Positions 48,013-57,409 of a stretch of 64,000 nt of DNA are shown one piece after another. The stretch's first letter is position 1, and each line of letters opens with the position of its first letter. The DNA is taken from positions 742-64,741 of the forward strand of contig JAERRU010000003.1 in assembly GCA_016735295.1 (NCBI GenBank), written 5' to 3'. Both the position numbers and the translations under genes were made by a program. Source of the stretch: SAR324 cluster bacterium (lineage in GTDB: Bacteria; SAR324; XYD2-FULL-50-16; JAERRU01). The notes beneath the pieces are model-generated. The model searched no databases. It was not told the DNA's origin and worked only from the letters and a program-made list of their open reading frames with translations.

Positions 48013-48378
48013 ATGGAAGCTAAACAAGAAGTAAAGCAAACGGAGTCTTTTTTATCAAAGGCTTCAATAAGAAATGTTGGTATACCGCTTTCTAAAATGA
48101 AGCGTGCTGGTGATTTACTGAGAGGTAAAAGGGTTGATTATGCTTTGGGGATACTTAAGAACACTAGGCGGATGGCTAATATATCTTTGATTGATCTTAT
48201 TAAATCAGCAATAGCTAATGCTGTGGAAAAGGATGAAAATGTTAAAGCTGACCAGTTAAGAATTAAGACTTTAATTACGAATCAGGGCAAGGTATTAAAG
48301 AGAATGAGGCCTAGGGCGATGGGTCGAGGAAATGTGATTTTAAAGAGATCTTGTCACATATATATAGAATTATTTTAG
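48013..48378 (+). CDS. rplV: 50S ribosomal protein L22
   Basis: 121 aa; L22-like sequence (RPRAMGRG..) and position. Confidence 0.93.
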   Translation: MEAKQEVKQTESFLSKASIRNVGIPLSKMKRAGDLLRGKRVDYALGILKNTRRMANISLIDLIKSAIANAVEKDENVKADQLRIKTLITNQGKVLKRMRPRAMGRGNVILKRSCHIYIELF

Positions 48379-48422
48379 TTATTATCATTATTATTAACAA
48401 TAAATAGAATTTAAGAGGTAAT

Positions 48423-49082
48423 TTGGGTCAAAAGGCAAACCCGATTGTATTAAGATTAGGGCTAAATAAGCAGTGGCAGTCTAATTGGTATTCAGAGGCT
48501 AACTATGCGAAGTATTTGCAGCAAGATTTTGCGTTAAGAGAATTTATCTTAAAAAGATCTGGTAATGCTGGGGTATCTAGAATAGATATTGAAAGGCCGG
48601 GTGATAATGTTAAAATTAATATTCACTCTTCTCGACCAGGGTTATTGGTTGGTAGGCGAGGTAGCGAATTAGATAAACTTAAGAAAGCGTTAACGGAAAA
48701 ATTCAAGATAAAAGTTCAAATTAACGTAAAGGAAGTTAGGAAAGCTGAGACAGACGCCATGTTAATAGCCACTAACATAGCTTCTCAAATAGAGCGCAGG
48801 ATGGCGTTTAGGCGAGTGATTAAAAAAACCATGCAAAATGCGATGAGATTTAGCATTGGCGGTTGCAAAATAATGGTGGGAGGTCGCTTAAATGGGGCTG
48901 AGATTGCTCGTTCAGAATGGATAAGAGAAGGAAGGGTTCCTTTGCACACTTTCAAGGCGGATATAGACTACGCCACCTATGAAGCTAATACTGTTTATGG
49001 CTTAATTGGTATTAAGGTGTGGGTATATAAGATTCCGATAAATTTTAATAGGCATAAGAAGCACTTAGTGCACACGCCTTAA
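48423..49082 (+). CDS. rpsC: 30S ribosomal protein S3
   Basis: 219 aa, TTG start; MGQKANP, KH domain, GRLNGAEIAR. Confidence 0.97.
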   Translation: MGQKANPIVLRLGLNKQWQSNWYSEANYAKYLQQDFALREFILKRSGNAGVSRIDIERPGDNVKINIHSSRPGLLVGRRGSELDKLKKALTEKFKIKVQINVKEVRKAETDAMLIATNIASQIERRMAFRRVIKKTMQNAMRFSIGGCKIMVGGRLNGAEIARSEWIREGRVPLHTFKADIDYATYEANTVYGLIGIKVWVYKIPINFNRHKKHLVHTP

Positions 49083-49134
49083 TTTTAATTTATTCGCCCA
49101 TTAGGGTTTTTGAAATTCACTAAAATTACTCAAA

Positions 49135-49163
49135 TTGAGTTATTGGTGATGATTTTATAGTAT
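49135..49163 (+). promoter_or_regulatory. Possible internal sigma-70-like promoter in the rpsC-rplP spacer
   Basis: TTGAGT (49135-49140), 17-nt spacer, TAGTAT (49158-49163), overlapping TATAAT at 49161-49166. The -35 is half of the palindrome ACTCAA-A-TTGAGT (49128-49140). Confidence 0.3.
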
Positions 49164-49233
49164 AATATCATAAGTTTAAGAGATATTTTTTTATTTATAA
49201 CAAAGAAGAGATTTTTTATTAGGAAGTATAGTT

Positions 49234-49644
49234 ATGTTAATGCCCGCTAAGACGAAGTATCGAAAAAGAATGAAGGGTCGCCACCGAGGTCAGGCTACTC
49301 AAGGAAATAGTTTATCTTTTGGTAATATCGCTTTGCAAGCTACAGATCGGGGGTTTTTAAGCTCACGTCAAATAGAAGCTGCTAGAAGAGCGATTAGCCG
49401 GTCATTAAAAAGAGCTGGTAAATTATGGATTAGAGTGTTTCCGGATAAGCCTATCACTCAAAGACCGGCCGAAACTAGGATGGGTCATGGCAAGGGATCT
49501 GTTGAATATTATGTATGCGTAATTAAACCAGGTAGAATTATTTTTGAATTAGGAGGAGTTAGTGACCACGCTGCGGCTGAGGCTTTTAAGCTGGCTAGCT
49601 TCAAGCTTCCTTTTTCTACTACTGTGATAAGTAGGGATTTTTAG
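49234..49644 (+). CDS. rplP: 50S ribosomal protein L16
   Basis: 136 aa; [18 protein letters not shown]. Confidence 0.98.
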   Translation: MLMPAKTKYRKRMKGRHRGQATQGNSLSFGNIALQATDRGFLSSRQIEAARRAISRSLKRAGKLWIRVFPDKPITQRPAETRMGHGKGSVEYYVCVIKPGRIIFELGGVSDHAAAEAFKLASFKLPFSTTVISRDF

Positions 49645-49658
49645 TTTTATAAAAAAAA

Positions 49659-49931
49659 ATGGCAAAAGCTAAAGTAATTGATGATTTGAGGGGGGTTTCC
49701 ATGATTGATTTGGAAAAAAGGATAACTACATTTCAAGAAGAGTATTTACGAGCACGTTGTTCTCATAAAACGGGACAATTAGCTAATAAGTCTTTTTTAA
49801 AAAAGATTAGGCGTGACGTGGCTAGGGCAAAGACTATCTTTAAAGAGCGAGGGGAAAAGGAGGCGATTGTTGAACCCTCCACTAAATCATTGCCTGAGGC
49901 GGTTGAAGCTAACAAAGATAATAAAATTTAA
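49659..49931 (+). CDS. rpmC: 50S ribosomal protein L29 (with C-terminal extension)
   Basis: 90 aa; L29 core ..KKIRRDVARAKT; position. Confidence 0.9.
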   Translation: MAKAKVIDDLRGVSMIDLEKRITTFQEEYLRARCSHKTGQLANKSFLKKIRRDVARAKTIFKERGEKEAIVEPSTKSLPEAVEANKDNKI

Positions 49932-49958
49932 TAACATATAATATATTTAACAAGTTAC

Positions 49959-50240
49959 ATGGCGAAAATTAACAAACGAACAATTGAAGGTGTGGTAGTG
50001 AGAGACACCAAAGAGAAAACTGGCATATTGTTAGTAGAAAGAATTGTGGAACATGCTAAATACCGCAGAACCATTAAGAGAACGAAGAAGTTTCATTTTC
50101 ATGATGTTGACAATGCTTGCAAATCTGGCGATAAGGCTACTATCATTGAGTCTCGTCGTTATAGCAAAACAAAGAGTTGGCGTTTGTTATCCATTAAAGG
50201 TTCAAAGTTGGCGGTGGAGTCAACTCAAGAAGTTTCTTAA
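49959..50240 (+). CDS. rpsQ: 30S ribosomal protein S17
   Basis: 93 aa; G.VV.D...KT..V.VER...H.KY; position. Confidence 0.95.
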   Translation: MAKINKRTIEGVVVRDTKEKTGILLVERIVEHAKYRRTIKRTKKFHFHDVDNACKSGDKATIIESRRYSKTKSWRLLSIKGSKLAVESTQEVS

Positions 50241-50251
50241 CATAGATTATT

Positions 50252-50620
50252 ATGATTCAAACACAATCTAAACTTGAAGTGGCCGATAACACCGGAGCAA
50301 AAGAAATTATGTGCATCAAGGTGCTAGGAGGCTCGAGGAGGAGATATGCTAGAGTGGGGGACGTCATAGTGGCGGCAGTTAAGAAGGCGTTACCTGATTC
50401 TAAGATTAGATCGGGGCAGATAGTAAGAGCGTTAGTTGTTAGGACTGCGTACGACATTTTGCGCAAAGACGGCTCTATTATACGTTTTGATAGAAATTCG
50501 GCAGTATTATTGGGGAGCAAGAATGAGCCTTTAGGGACAAGAGTATTTGGCCCTATCCCTCGGGAACTTAGGGTTCAATCTTTTATGAAGATAGTTTCTT
50601 TAGCTCCGGAAGTTTTTTAA
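50252..50620 (+). CDS. rplN: 50S ribosomal protein L14
   Basis: 122 aa; [17 protein letters not shown]. Confidence 0.98.
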   Translation: MIQTQSKLEVADNTGAKEIMCIKVLGGSRRRYARVGDVIVAAVKKALPDSKIRSGQIVRALVVRTAYDILRKDGSIIRFDRNSAVLLGSKNEPLGTRVFGPIPRELRVQSFMKIVSLAPEVF

Positions 50621-50630
50621 TATTAAAATT

Positions 50631-50954
50631 ATGAAAAGATCAAAAGATAAGCCATTGCACAAAACTAGGCTAAAAAGAGGTGATAAGGTGCAAGTTATTT
50701 CTGGTAAAAGCCGGGGTAAGGTAGGAAAAATTTTAGTTGTTAATCGTAAGCGAGGAACATTTTTTATAGAGGGAGTTAACATACAAAAAAAACATGTAAA
50801 ACCTTCACAGCAAAATCAACGAGGGGGGATAATAGAAAAAGAGGGTCCTGTTGATTTTTCTAATGCCCTTCTTTTTTCAAATAAAGATGGTAAGGGAAGA
50901 AGAATCGGGATAGAGCTAGCTAAAGATGGGTCAAAAAAAAGAGTTTTCAAGTAA
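50631..50954 (+). CDS. rplX: 50S ribosomal protein L24
   Basis: 107 aa; KOW motif KRGDKVQVISGKSRGK. Confidence 0.96.
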   Translation: MKRSKDKPLHKTRLKRGDKVQVISGKSRGKVGKILVVNRKRGTFFIEGVNIQKKHVKPSQQNQRGGIIEKEGPVDFSNALLFSNKDGKGRRIGIELAKDGSKKRVFK

Positions 50955-50982
50955 GTATATAATATTTAATTAGAGTTATTAG

Positions 50983-51534
50983 ATGAGTCAAGTATCTGCT
51001 AAGGGTAAGGATTTTTTAGATAAGTATCGGCAGGATTTTTTAAAAAAATTCAAATTTGATAATATTAATCAGGCCCCAAAACTAGATAAGGTAGTGATAA
51101 ATGTGGGAGCTGGAGAGGCGGTGGCAAACCCTAAGTGTTTGGAATTTATTGTGAAGGATTTGAGTTTAATTTCAGGTCAAAAGCCAGTATTAGCGAAAGC
51201 AAAGAAATCTATTGCTGGATTTAAAACGCGAACTGGGGTGGTAATTGGAGTGTTTGTTACTTTACGGGCAAAAAATATGAGCGATTTTCTGGATCGGCTT
51301 ATAAATGTTGCGATACCAAGAATAAGGGATTTTCGGGGAGTATCGAATAAATCTTTTGATGGCCATGGTAATTATACATTAGGTCTTAGGGAGCAATTGG
51401 TGTTTACCGAGATTGATTTTGATAAAACAGATAAGGTGCGTGGATTAAGCATTACATTTGTTACTACGGCAAAAAAAGATGAGCACGCCAAATTTTTACT
51501 TGAATATTTGGGAATGCCATTTAGGGGTGCATAG
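50983..51534 (+). CDS. rplE: 50S ribosomal protein L5
   Basis: 183 aa; RDFRG......[10 protein letters not shown]. Confidence 0.97.
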   Translation: MSQVSAKGKDFLDKYRQDFLKKFKFDNINQAPKLDKVVINVGAGEAVANPKCLEFIVKDLSLISGQKPVLAKAKKSIAGFKTRTGVVIGVFVTLRAKNMSDFLDRLINVAIPRIRDFRGVSNKSFDGHGNYTLGLREQLVFTEIDFDKTDKVRGLSITFVTTAKKDEHAKFLLEYLGMPFRGA

Positions 51535-51596
51535 TTTTATGATGATAATAATTTTACGGAGTTCAAGTTTTATTTAAAGATTAAAGAAATAAATAT

Positions 51597-51782
51597 ATGG
51601 CAAAGAAGTCTCTGATAGCAAAATCGAAACGGGAACCAAAGTTCAAGGTACGTAAATATAATCGTTGTCAATCTTGCGGAAGACCGCGAGCATTTATGAG
51701 ATTATTTGGATTATGCCGAATATGTTTTAGAAATAAGGCTGGGTTTGGAGAATTACCTGGAGTACGTAAAGCGAGCTGGTAA
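51597..51782 (+). CDS. rpsN: 30S ribosomal protein S14, short zinc-binding (Z) type
   Basis: 61 aa; CQSCGRP...CRIC (CxxC-x12-CxxC); ..PGVRKASW. Confidence 0.97.
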   Translation: MAKKSLIAKSKREPKFKVRKYNRCQSCGRPRAFMRLFGLCRICFRNKAGFGELPGVRKASW

Positions 51783-51820
51783 ATTTTATAATATAATATA
51801 TAGATATAAATTAAGATAAG

Positions 51821-52216
51821 ATGACAACTGATCCAATTAGCGATATGCTAACTAGAATTAGGAATGCTAACAAACGAACCCATAAAAAGGTTATTTTTGC
51901 ACATTCCAAGTTAAAGGAGGCCGTATTGAAGGTTTTTTTAGATGAAGGTTTTATAGCTGATTATAAGGTAGCGGGAAGCGGCATAAAAAAAGAATTCACG
52001 CTTAAATTAAAATATGGCCGTAGAGGGGTTCCTGTAATTAGAAAAATAAAGAGAATAAGCAGACCTGGAAGTAGAATTAGAATGGGATATAGAGAGATGA
52101 GACCGGTAATGGAAAGTCAAGGGGTGTTAGTGGTATCAACTCCGCGAGGGGTGGTATCAGATAATGATTGCCGAGTTTTGAAGATTGGTGGGGAAGTTAT
52201 TTGTGAAATATACTAA
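51821..52216 (+). CDS. rpsH: 30S ribosomal protein S8
   Basis: 131 aa; DPISDMLTRIRNA. Confidence 0.98.
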   Translation: MTTDPISDMLTRIRNANKRTHKKVIFAHSKLKEAVLKVFLDEGFIADYKVAGSGIKKEFTLKLKYGRRGVPVIRKIKRISRPGSRIRMGYREMRPVMESQGVLVVSTPRGVVSDNDCRVLKIGGEVICEIY

Positions 52217-52225
52217 GGGGATAAT

Positions 52226-52801
52226 ATGTCAAGAACTGGAAAAAAATCAATTAAGTTAGATTCAGCTGTTAAGGTTAAATTAGATGGTGAATCTTTTATA
52301 TGTCAAGGACCTAAGGGTAATTTATCAGTAAATATCCCTAAGGGTATTTTAGTTAAAATTGAAGATGGATTCGTTTTTGTGACTCTAGCTGAGCCTCCTA
52401 AGGGGATTGCTAAGAGCTTGCTTAGATCTAATTTCAGGCAAAACAATGCCTCTTGGGGAACAGTTAGGCAATTAATAGCTAATTCTGTTATTGGGGTAGT
52501 TAGTGGCTTTGAGAAGTCTTTAGTGTTAGAAGGGGTGGGGTTTAGGGCATCGGTTAGTGGTCAAAATATGACATTATCGGTGGGTTATTCTTATCTTGTG
52601 AAATACACTTTACCAGAAGCCGTCAAGGTTAAGTTAGATGGTAATACTAAAATTATATTAAGTAGTTGCGATAAGCAATTATTAGGTCAAATTGCCGAAG
52701 AAATAAGGGCAATCAGAAAGCCTGAGCCTTATAAGGGTAAGGGAATAAGATATGAAGGTGAAATAATTAAGCGAAAAGCAGGAAAAACTGGTAAGAAGTA
52801 A
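52226..52801 (+). CDS. rplF: 50S ribosomal protein L6
   Basis: 191 aa; MSRTGKK.I; PEPYKGKGIRY. Confidence 0.97.
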   Translation: MSRTGKKSIKLDSAVKVKLDGESFICQGPKGNLSVNIPKGILVKIEDGFVFVTLAEPPKGIAKSLLRSNFRQNNASWGTVRQLIANSVIGVVSGFEKSLVLEGVGFRASVSGQNMTLSVGYSYLVKYTLPEAVKVKLDGNTKIILSSCDKQLLGQIAEEIRAIRKPEPYKGKGIRYEGEIIKRKAGKTGKK

Positions 52802-52803
52802 AC

Positions 52804-53175
52804 ATGATAAAACAACATAATCGAAAAGAAGCTCGAAGAAAGATCAAAGCTAGGATCAGTAAAAAATTAAGGGGGAGCACAGATAGGCCTAGAGTTAGTG
52901 TTTATCGCTCTTTAAACCATATTAGTGCTCAAGTAATTGATGACGATAAAAGAACAACTATTGCTAGCGTTTCTACTACTGAAAGCAGTATAGGAACTCT
53001 TTTAAAAAATAAAACTGCTAATATAGCGGCTTCTAAATTAGTGGGGCAAACTTTAACTAAGCGGCTATTAGAGAAAGGAGTTAATCAAGTGGTTTTTGAT
53101 CGTAATGGTTTTTTATACCACGGTGCAGTGAGGGCTTTAGCGGAAGCTCTTAGAGAAGGCGGTATAAAATTATAG
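52804..53175 (+). CDS. rplR: 50S ribosomal protein L18
   Basis: 123 aa; RPRVSVYRSLNHISAQVID; FDRNGFLYHGAV.ALAEA.REGG. Confidence 0.97.
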   Translation: MIKQHNRKEARRKIKARISKKLRGSTDRPRVSVYRSLNHISAQVIDDDKRTTIASVSTTESSIGTLLKNKTANIAASKLVGQTLTKRLLEKGVNQVVFDRNGFLYHGAVRALAEALREGGIKL

Positions 53176-53216
53176 TATATAAATAATAGTAATAATAATA
53201 ATAATTTTATAGATTC

Positions 53217-53720
53217 ATGGCACAGGCTCATCAATCAGAGTATATAGAAAGAACGGTTCAAGTAAGGCGGGTCACTAAGGTGGTAAAGGGTGGTCGCAGA
53301 TTTGGCTTTAGTGCACTAGTAGTAATTGGTGATGGTAAAGGCAAGGCAGGATACGCTTTAGGCAAGGCTAACGAGGTAAGTGAAGCGATTAAAAAAGCGA
53401 AACGAGCTGCTCAAAAAAGTTTAAAATCTTACCCTACTTATCATGCCACTATCCCACATAGGGTGATAGGGGAATTTTGTTCGGGAATGGTTTTATTAAG
53501 ACCTATGCCGCCTGGTAGTGGGATAATAGCATGTTTACCAGCAAGGGCAGTTATTGAGGCGTTAGGAGTTTCTGATATAAATATCAAAGCTTTGCGATCT
53601 AACAATCCTGTTAATATAGTAAAGGCTACTTTAAATGGATTTTCTCAACTAAGAACTTTTGAAGAAACTGCTGAGCTTCGCTCTAAGGATGTGGAGCAAG
53701 TGAATACTAGTGAATACTAG
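53217..53720 (+). CDS. rpsE: 30S ribosomal protein S5
   Basis: 167 aa; VRRVTKVVKGGRRF.F.ALVVIGDG.G..G.G.GKA.EV. Confidence 0.98.
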   Translation: MAQAHQSEYIERTVQVRRVTKVVKGGRRFGFSALVVIGDGKGKAGYALGKANEVSEAIKKAKRAAQKSLKSYPTYHATIPHRVIGEFCSGMVLLRPMPPGSGIIACLPARAVIEALGVSDINIKALRSNNPVNIVKATLNGFSQLRTFEETAELRSKDVEQVNTSEY

Positions 53721-53770
53721 TAAATATTAGAATAGAAATAAATAGCGTAAATTAGCAAATAAATTATTAA

Positions 53771-54229
53771 ATGTTACATCAATTAAAAAACGCTGAAGGC
53801 TCAAGAAAGGCCAGAAAAAGGATCGGGCGTGGTATGGGCTCAACTTTTGGTAAAACTTCAGGTCGGGGCCATAAAGGCCAGCGAGCACGTGCAGGTAATG
53901 GGAAGCGAGGTCACATAGGCTTTGAGGGAGGACAAACACCTTTACAGAGACGTTTACCAAAGAGAGGTTTTACGAGCTTGAACCGTGAAAAGCTTAGTAT
54001 AGTTAATTTAGGCAATATTTTAAAGTGCACCAAATTAGCTACTAATAAATTAATTGATCATGCTAGCTTATATAAGGCTGGTTTAATTAATCATCGTTTT
54101 CACCGAATTAAATTATTGGGCAAACTCAACCAAGAGATTCCTGCGGGATTAACTATTAAGGTTGATTTAATGAGCCATCAAGTTAAAAAATTGCTAGAGA
54201 GCAAGGGCGCTAGTGTGGAGATAGGTTAA
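53771..54229 (+). CDS. rplO: 50S ribosomal protein L15
   Basis: 152 aa; GRGMGSTFGKTSGRGHKGQ.AR.G; follows rpsE directly, with no L30 gene. Confidence 0.96.
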   Translation: MLHQLKNAEGSRKARKRIGRGMGSTFGKTSGRGHKGQRARAGNGKRGHIGFEGGQTPLQRRLPKRGFTSLNREKLSIVNLGNILKCTKLATNKLIDHASLYKAGLINHRFHRIKLLGKLNQEIPAGLTIKVDLMSHQVKKLLESKGASVEIG

Positions 54230-54242
54230 AATTATATAGCAT

Positions 54243-55559
54243 ATGTTAAGAGTAATTCAGAGTATTTTTTTAATACCGGAGCTTAAAAACCGAGTTTTAT
54301 TTAGCTTTGCCATGTTGGTTATCTTTCGGGTGGGTGCTCATATACCTATACCTGGGATAGATAGTGGAGCTTTGCAACAATTTTATGAAAATTCGGCGGC
54401 CTCTAGTATAATATCGTTTTTCAATACATTCTCAGGGGGTGCATTGATTAGGCTTAGTATTTTCGCTTTGGGAATATTACCCTATATAAGTGCTTCTATT
54501 GTGATGAATTTAATGACGGTTATCTTTCCTGCGTTAGAGAGAATCGCCCGAGAAGGAGATTCTGGCCGACGCAAGATTTCGCAGTATACACGTTATGGAA
54601 CTATACTTTTAAGTATCGTGCAAGGCTATGGGATAGCGGTGGGCATTCAATCTATCACTACACCTGGCGGGGCTTCAATAGTAAATAGTACTTTAGGTGG
54701 TTTTGGGTTTACGGCAAGCACTATGATCACATTAACAGCAGGAACTGCTTTTGTTATGTGGTTGGCAGAAAAAATTAGTGAACGAGGAATTGGCAATGGA
54801 GCGTCTTTAATTATATTTAGTGGCATCATCGCCGGCATACCATCTGGTTTATCTAGAACCTTTCAGTTACTTTCATCTAACGAATTACCTATATTTGTGG
54901 TAATAACTTTGGCGATAATAATAATTGGAGTTACTGGGATAGTGGTTCTTTTTGAAACTGCTCAGAGAAAAATTTCTATAAATTACGCGAGGCGCACGCA
55001 AACTAATCAAATGGCTGGTGGGACTAATACTTATTTACCGCTTAAAATAAATGCTTCGGGGGTTATTCCGATTATTTTTGCATCTTCTTTATTGGCATTT
55101 CCATCAACTTTCACGGCTTTTGTGGAAACGCCTTGGATAAAGAATTTAGGTGTTTATCTTACCCCTAGTAGTATTATTTATAATATGATATTTGCTTTAT
55201 TAATATTTTTCTTTTGTTATTTTTATAATGCCTTGCAGTTCAACCCGATTAAGATATCTGATGATTTAAAGAGATATGGCGGTTTTGTTCCTGGCATACG
55301 TCCAGGTGAAAAAACTGCTTCATATTTAAATTCAATATTAGGTAGATTAACTTTTGTAGGAGCAACATATTTATCGGCAATTTCTATATTGCCTAATCTT
55401 TTATATGGTTGGTTTAATGTTCCATTCTTTTTTGGGGGAACTTCTTTGCTAATTGTGGTAGGAGTGGCACTAGATTTGGCAAATAAAGTAGAGACATTTT
55501 TAGTTAATCAAAATTATGATGGATTTATTAAAAAGATGCGTAGTCGCAGCCGTTATTAA
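54243..55559 (+). CDS. secY: Preprotein translocase subunit SecY
   Basis: 438 aa; about 10 TM helices; GALIRLSIFALGILPYISASI; position. Confidence 0.97.
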   Translation: MLRVIQSIFLIPELKNRVLFSFAMLVIFRVGAHIPIPGIDSGALQQFYENSAASSIISFFNTFSGGALIRLSIFALGILPYISASIVMNLMTVIFPALERIAREGDSGRRKISQYTRYGTILLSIVQGYGIAVGIQSITTPGGASIVNSTLGGFGFTASTMITLTAGTAFVMWLAEKISERGIGNGASLIIFSGIIAGIPSGLSRTFQLLSSNELPIFVVITLAIIIIGVTGIVVLFETAQRKISINYARRTQTNQMAGGTNTYLPLKINASGVIPIIFASSLLAFPSTFTAFVETPWIKNLGVYLTPSSIIYNMIFALLIFFFCYFYNALQFNPIKISDDLKRYGGFVPGIRPGEKTASYLNSILGRLTFVGATYLSAISILPNLLYGWFNVPFFFGGTSLLIVVGVALDLANKVETFLVNQNYDGFIKKMRSRSRY

Positions 55560-55576
55560 GAGATAATTATAATTTG

Positions 55577-56224
55577 ATGAGAATTATTATTTTTGGGCAA
55601 CCTGGTTCTGGTAAAGGCACGCAATCAAAGAAATTAGAAGATCATTTTTCGATTATTCATTTATCGATGGGTGATATTTTACGTCAGGCGGTGAGGAGTG
55701 ATGATTCAGTAGGATTAACCGCCAAGAAATATATGAATGAGGGGTTGTTGGTTCCTGATCCATTAGTGATTAAGATGTTAGTTAACATTTTGGGGCAAGG
55801 CAGCGAGCATAAAAATGGATTTATTCTTGATGGTTATCCTAGAACAATAGCTCAGGCTAATTATTTGGATAAAAATTCGGATGATTTAGGGGGAGCAATT
55901 GATGTGGTTGTTTATCTTCATATAGAAGATAATGTTTTATTGGATAGGCTATCTGGGCGGCTGATATCGGAAAGTACTGGGGAAGAATATCACATTAAGT
56001 ATAAGCCCCCCAAGGTTGCGGGCAGGTGTGATATTGATGGATCTAAGTTGATTCAGCGAGATGATGATAAACCTGAAATGGTTTTAAATAGATTAAAAGT
56101 TTTTAGAGCTCAAAGCGAACCGTTGATTGATTACTATAATAATAAGGGGATATTGAAAAAAATAGATGCTACCGGAGAAATACAAGAGGTTACTAATAGA
56201 TTAATATCATCGTTGAGTAAATAG
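55577..56224 (+). CDS. adk: Adenylate kinase
   Basis: P-loop [10 protein letters not shown]; [10 protein letters not shown]; ATG at 55577 (track: TTG at 55574). Confidence 0.95.
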   Translation: MRIIIFGQPGSGKGTQSKKLEDHFSIIHLSMGDILRQAVRSDDSVGLTAKKYMNEGLLVPDPLVIKMLVNILGQGSEHKNGFILDGYPRTIAQANYLDKNSDDLGGAIDVVVYLHIEDNVLLDRLSGRLISESTGEEYHIKYKPPKVAGRCDIDGSKLIQRDDDKPEMVLNRLKVFRAQSEPLIDYYNNKGILKKIDATGEIQEVTNRLISSLSK

Positions 56225-56225
56225 G

Positions 56226-56444
56226 GTGAGTAATTCTGATTATATTGAGATGAACGGCAAAGTTTTAGAAGCCTTGCCTAATGCTATGTTTAAGGTAGAG
56301 TTAGAGAATAAGCATGTAGTTTTAGCTCATATTTCGGGAAAAATGAGAATGAATTATATTAGGATATTACCAGGTGATTCAGTGATAGTTAATGTTTCTA
56401 CCTATGATTTAGGGAAGGGACGAATTATTTTTAGGAGTAAGTAA
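56226..56444 (+). CDS. infA: Translation initiation factor IF-1
   Basis: 72 aa, GTG start; [32 protein letters not shown]. Confidence 0.97.
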   Translation: MSNSDYIEMNGKVLEALPNAMFKVELENKHVVLAHISGKMRMNYIRILPGDSVIVNVSTYDLGKGRIIFRSK

Positions 56445-56469
56445 TTTATAATTTAAAAGAGTAATAATC

Positions 56470-56583
56470 ATGAAAGTAAGATCTTCAGTGAAGAAGATAT
56501 GTCCAAAGTGCAAAGTTATCCGTCGCAAAAGGGTGGTGAGGGTGATTTGTGAAAATGGAAATCATAAACAAAGGCAGGGGTAA
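56470..56583 (+). CDS. rpmJ: 50S ribosomal protein L36
   Basis: Not in the ORF track (37 aa). My translation: [37 protein letters not shown], then TAA at 56581-56583. CxxC...C....H zinc form. Confidence 0.95.
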   Translation: MKVRSSVKKICPKCKVIRRKRVVRVICENGNHKQRQG

Positions 56584-56586
56584 AAA

Positions 56587-56946
56587 ATGGTCAGGATTGC
56601 TGGAATTGATTTACCCAATAATAAACGAGTAGAAATAGGATTAACCTATATACACGGAATAGGTCGCAGTTTATCTAATCGAATATTATCAAGAGTTAAT
56701 ATTTCTCCTGATATTAAATTGAAGGATTTATCTGATGAGCAGACCAATTTAATTAGAAAACAGTTGCAAAGTCATCAAATTGAGGGTGATTTAAGAAGAT
56801 TTGTATCTTTATCCATCAAAAGAATTGTTGATTTAGCTAGCTACCGAGGAGTTAGGCATCGCAAGCGATTACCAGTTAGGGGGCAAAGAACAAAAACTAA
56901 TGCAAGGACCAGAAAGGGACCTCGCAGAATTGCGGGAAAGAAATAG
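56587..56946 (+). CDS. rpsM: 30S ribosomal protein S13
   Basis: 119 aa; [10 protein letters not shown]; YRG.RH...[14 protein letters not shown]. Confidence 0.98.
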   Translation: MVRIAGIDLPNNKRVEIGLTYIHGIGRSLSNRILSRVNISPDIKLKDLSDEQTNLIRKQLQSHQIEGDLRRFVSLSIKRIVDLASYRGVRHRKRLPVRGQRTKTNARTRKGPRRIAGKK

Positions 56947-56967
56947 TAGTATAACAATATATTAAAT

Positions 56968-57354
56968 ATGTCGAAAAAGAAAACTACCAAGCGAAAGGAA
57001 CGTAAAATTAGTAGCCATGCGATAGTATTTATAAATGCTACTTTCAATAACACCTTAGTAAGCATCACCACACCAGTGGGGGATGTGATAACTTGGTCTA
57101 GCACTGGTTTGCATGGATTTAAAGGTTCACGCAAGGGGACTCCCTACGCCGCTAAACTTTCTGGCGAAAGCGCAATTAGAAATGCTTTGGCTTTAGGAGT
57201 AAAATCGGTTGATATTAAGATAAATGGCCCAGGAAGCGGTAGAGAGTCGGCTTTAAGGGCAGTTGCAATTGAGGGGATAAAAATTAATAGCATTACTGAT
57301 GTTACCCCTGTTCCTCATAATGGTTGTCGCCCTCCTAAAAGGCGACGAATGTAG
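56968..57354 (+). CDS. rpsK: 30S ribosomal protein S11
   Basis: 128 aa; FNNT.VSIT...G.V..WSS.G...FKGSRK.TP.AA; ..DVTP.PHNGCRPPK.RR. Confidence 0.98.
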   Translation: MSKKKTTKRKERKISSHAIVFINATFNNTLVSITTPVGDVITWSSTGLHGFKGSRKGTPYAAKLSGESAIRNALALGVKSVDIKINGPGSGRESALRAVAIEGIKINSITDVTPVPHNGCRPPKRRRM

Positions 57355-57409
57355 AGATTCGTTGGGATAACACTATATATTTTAGTAACAAAATTATATT
57401 CTTTTATAA

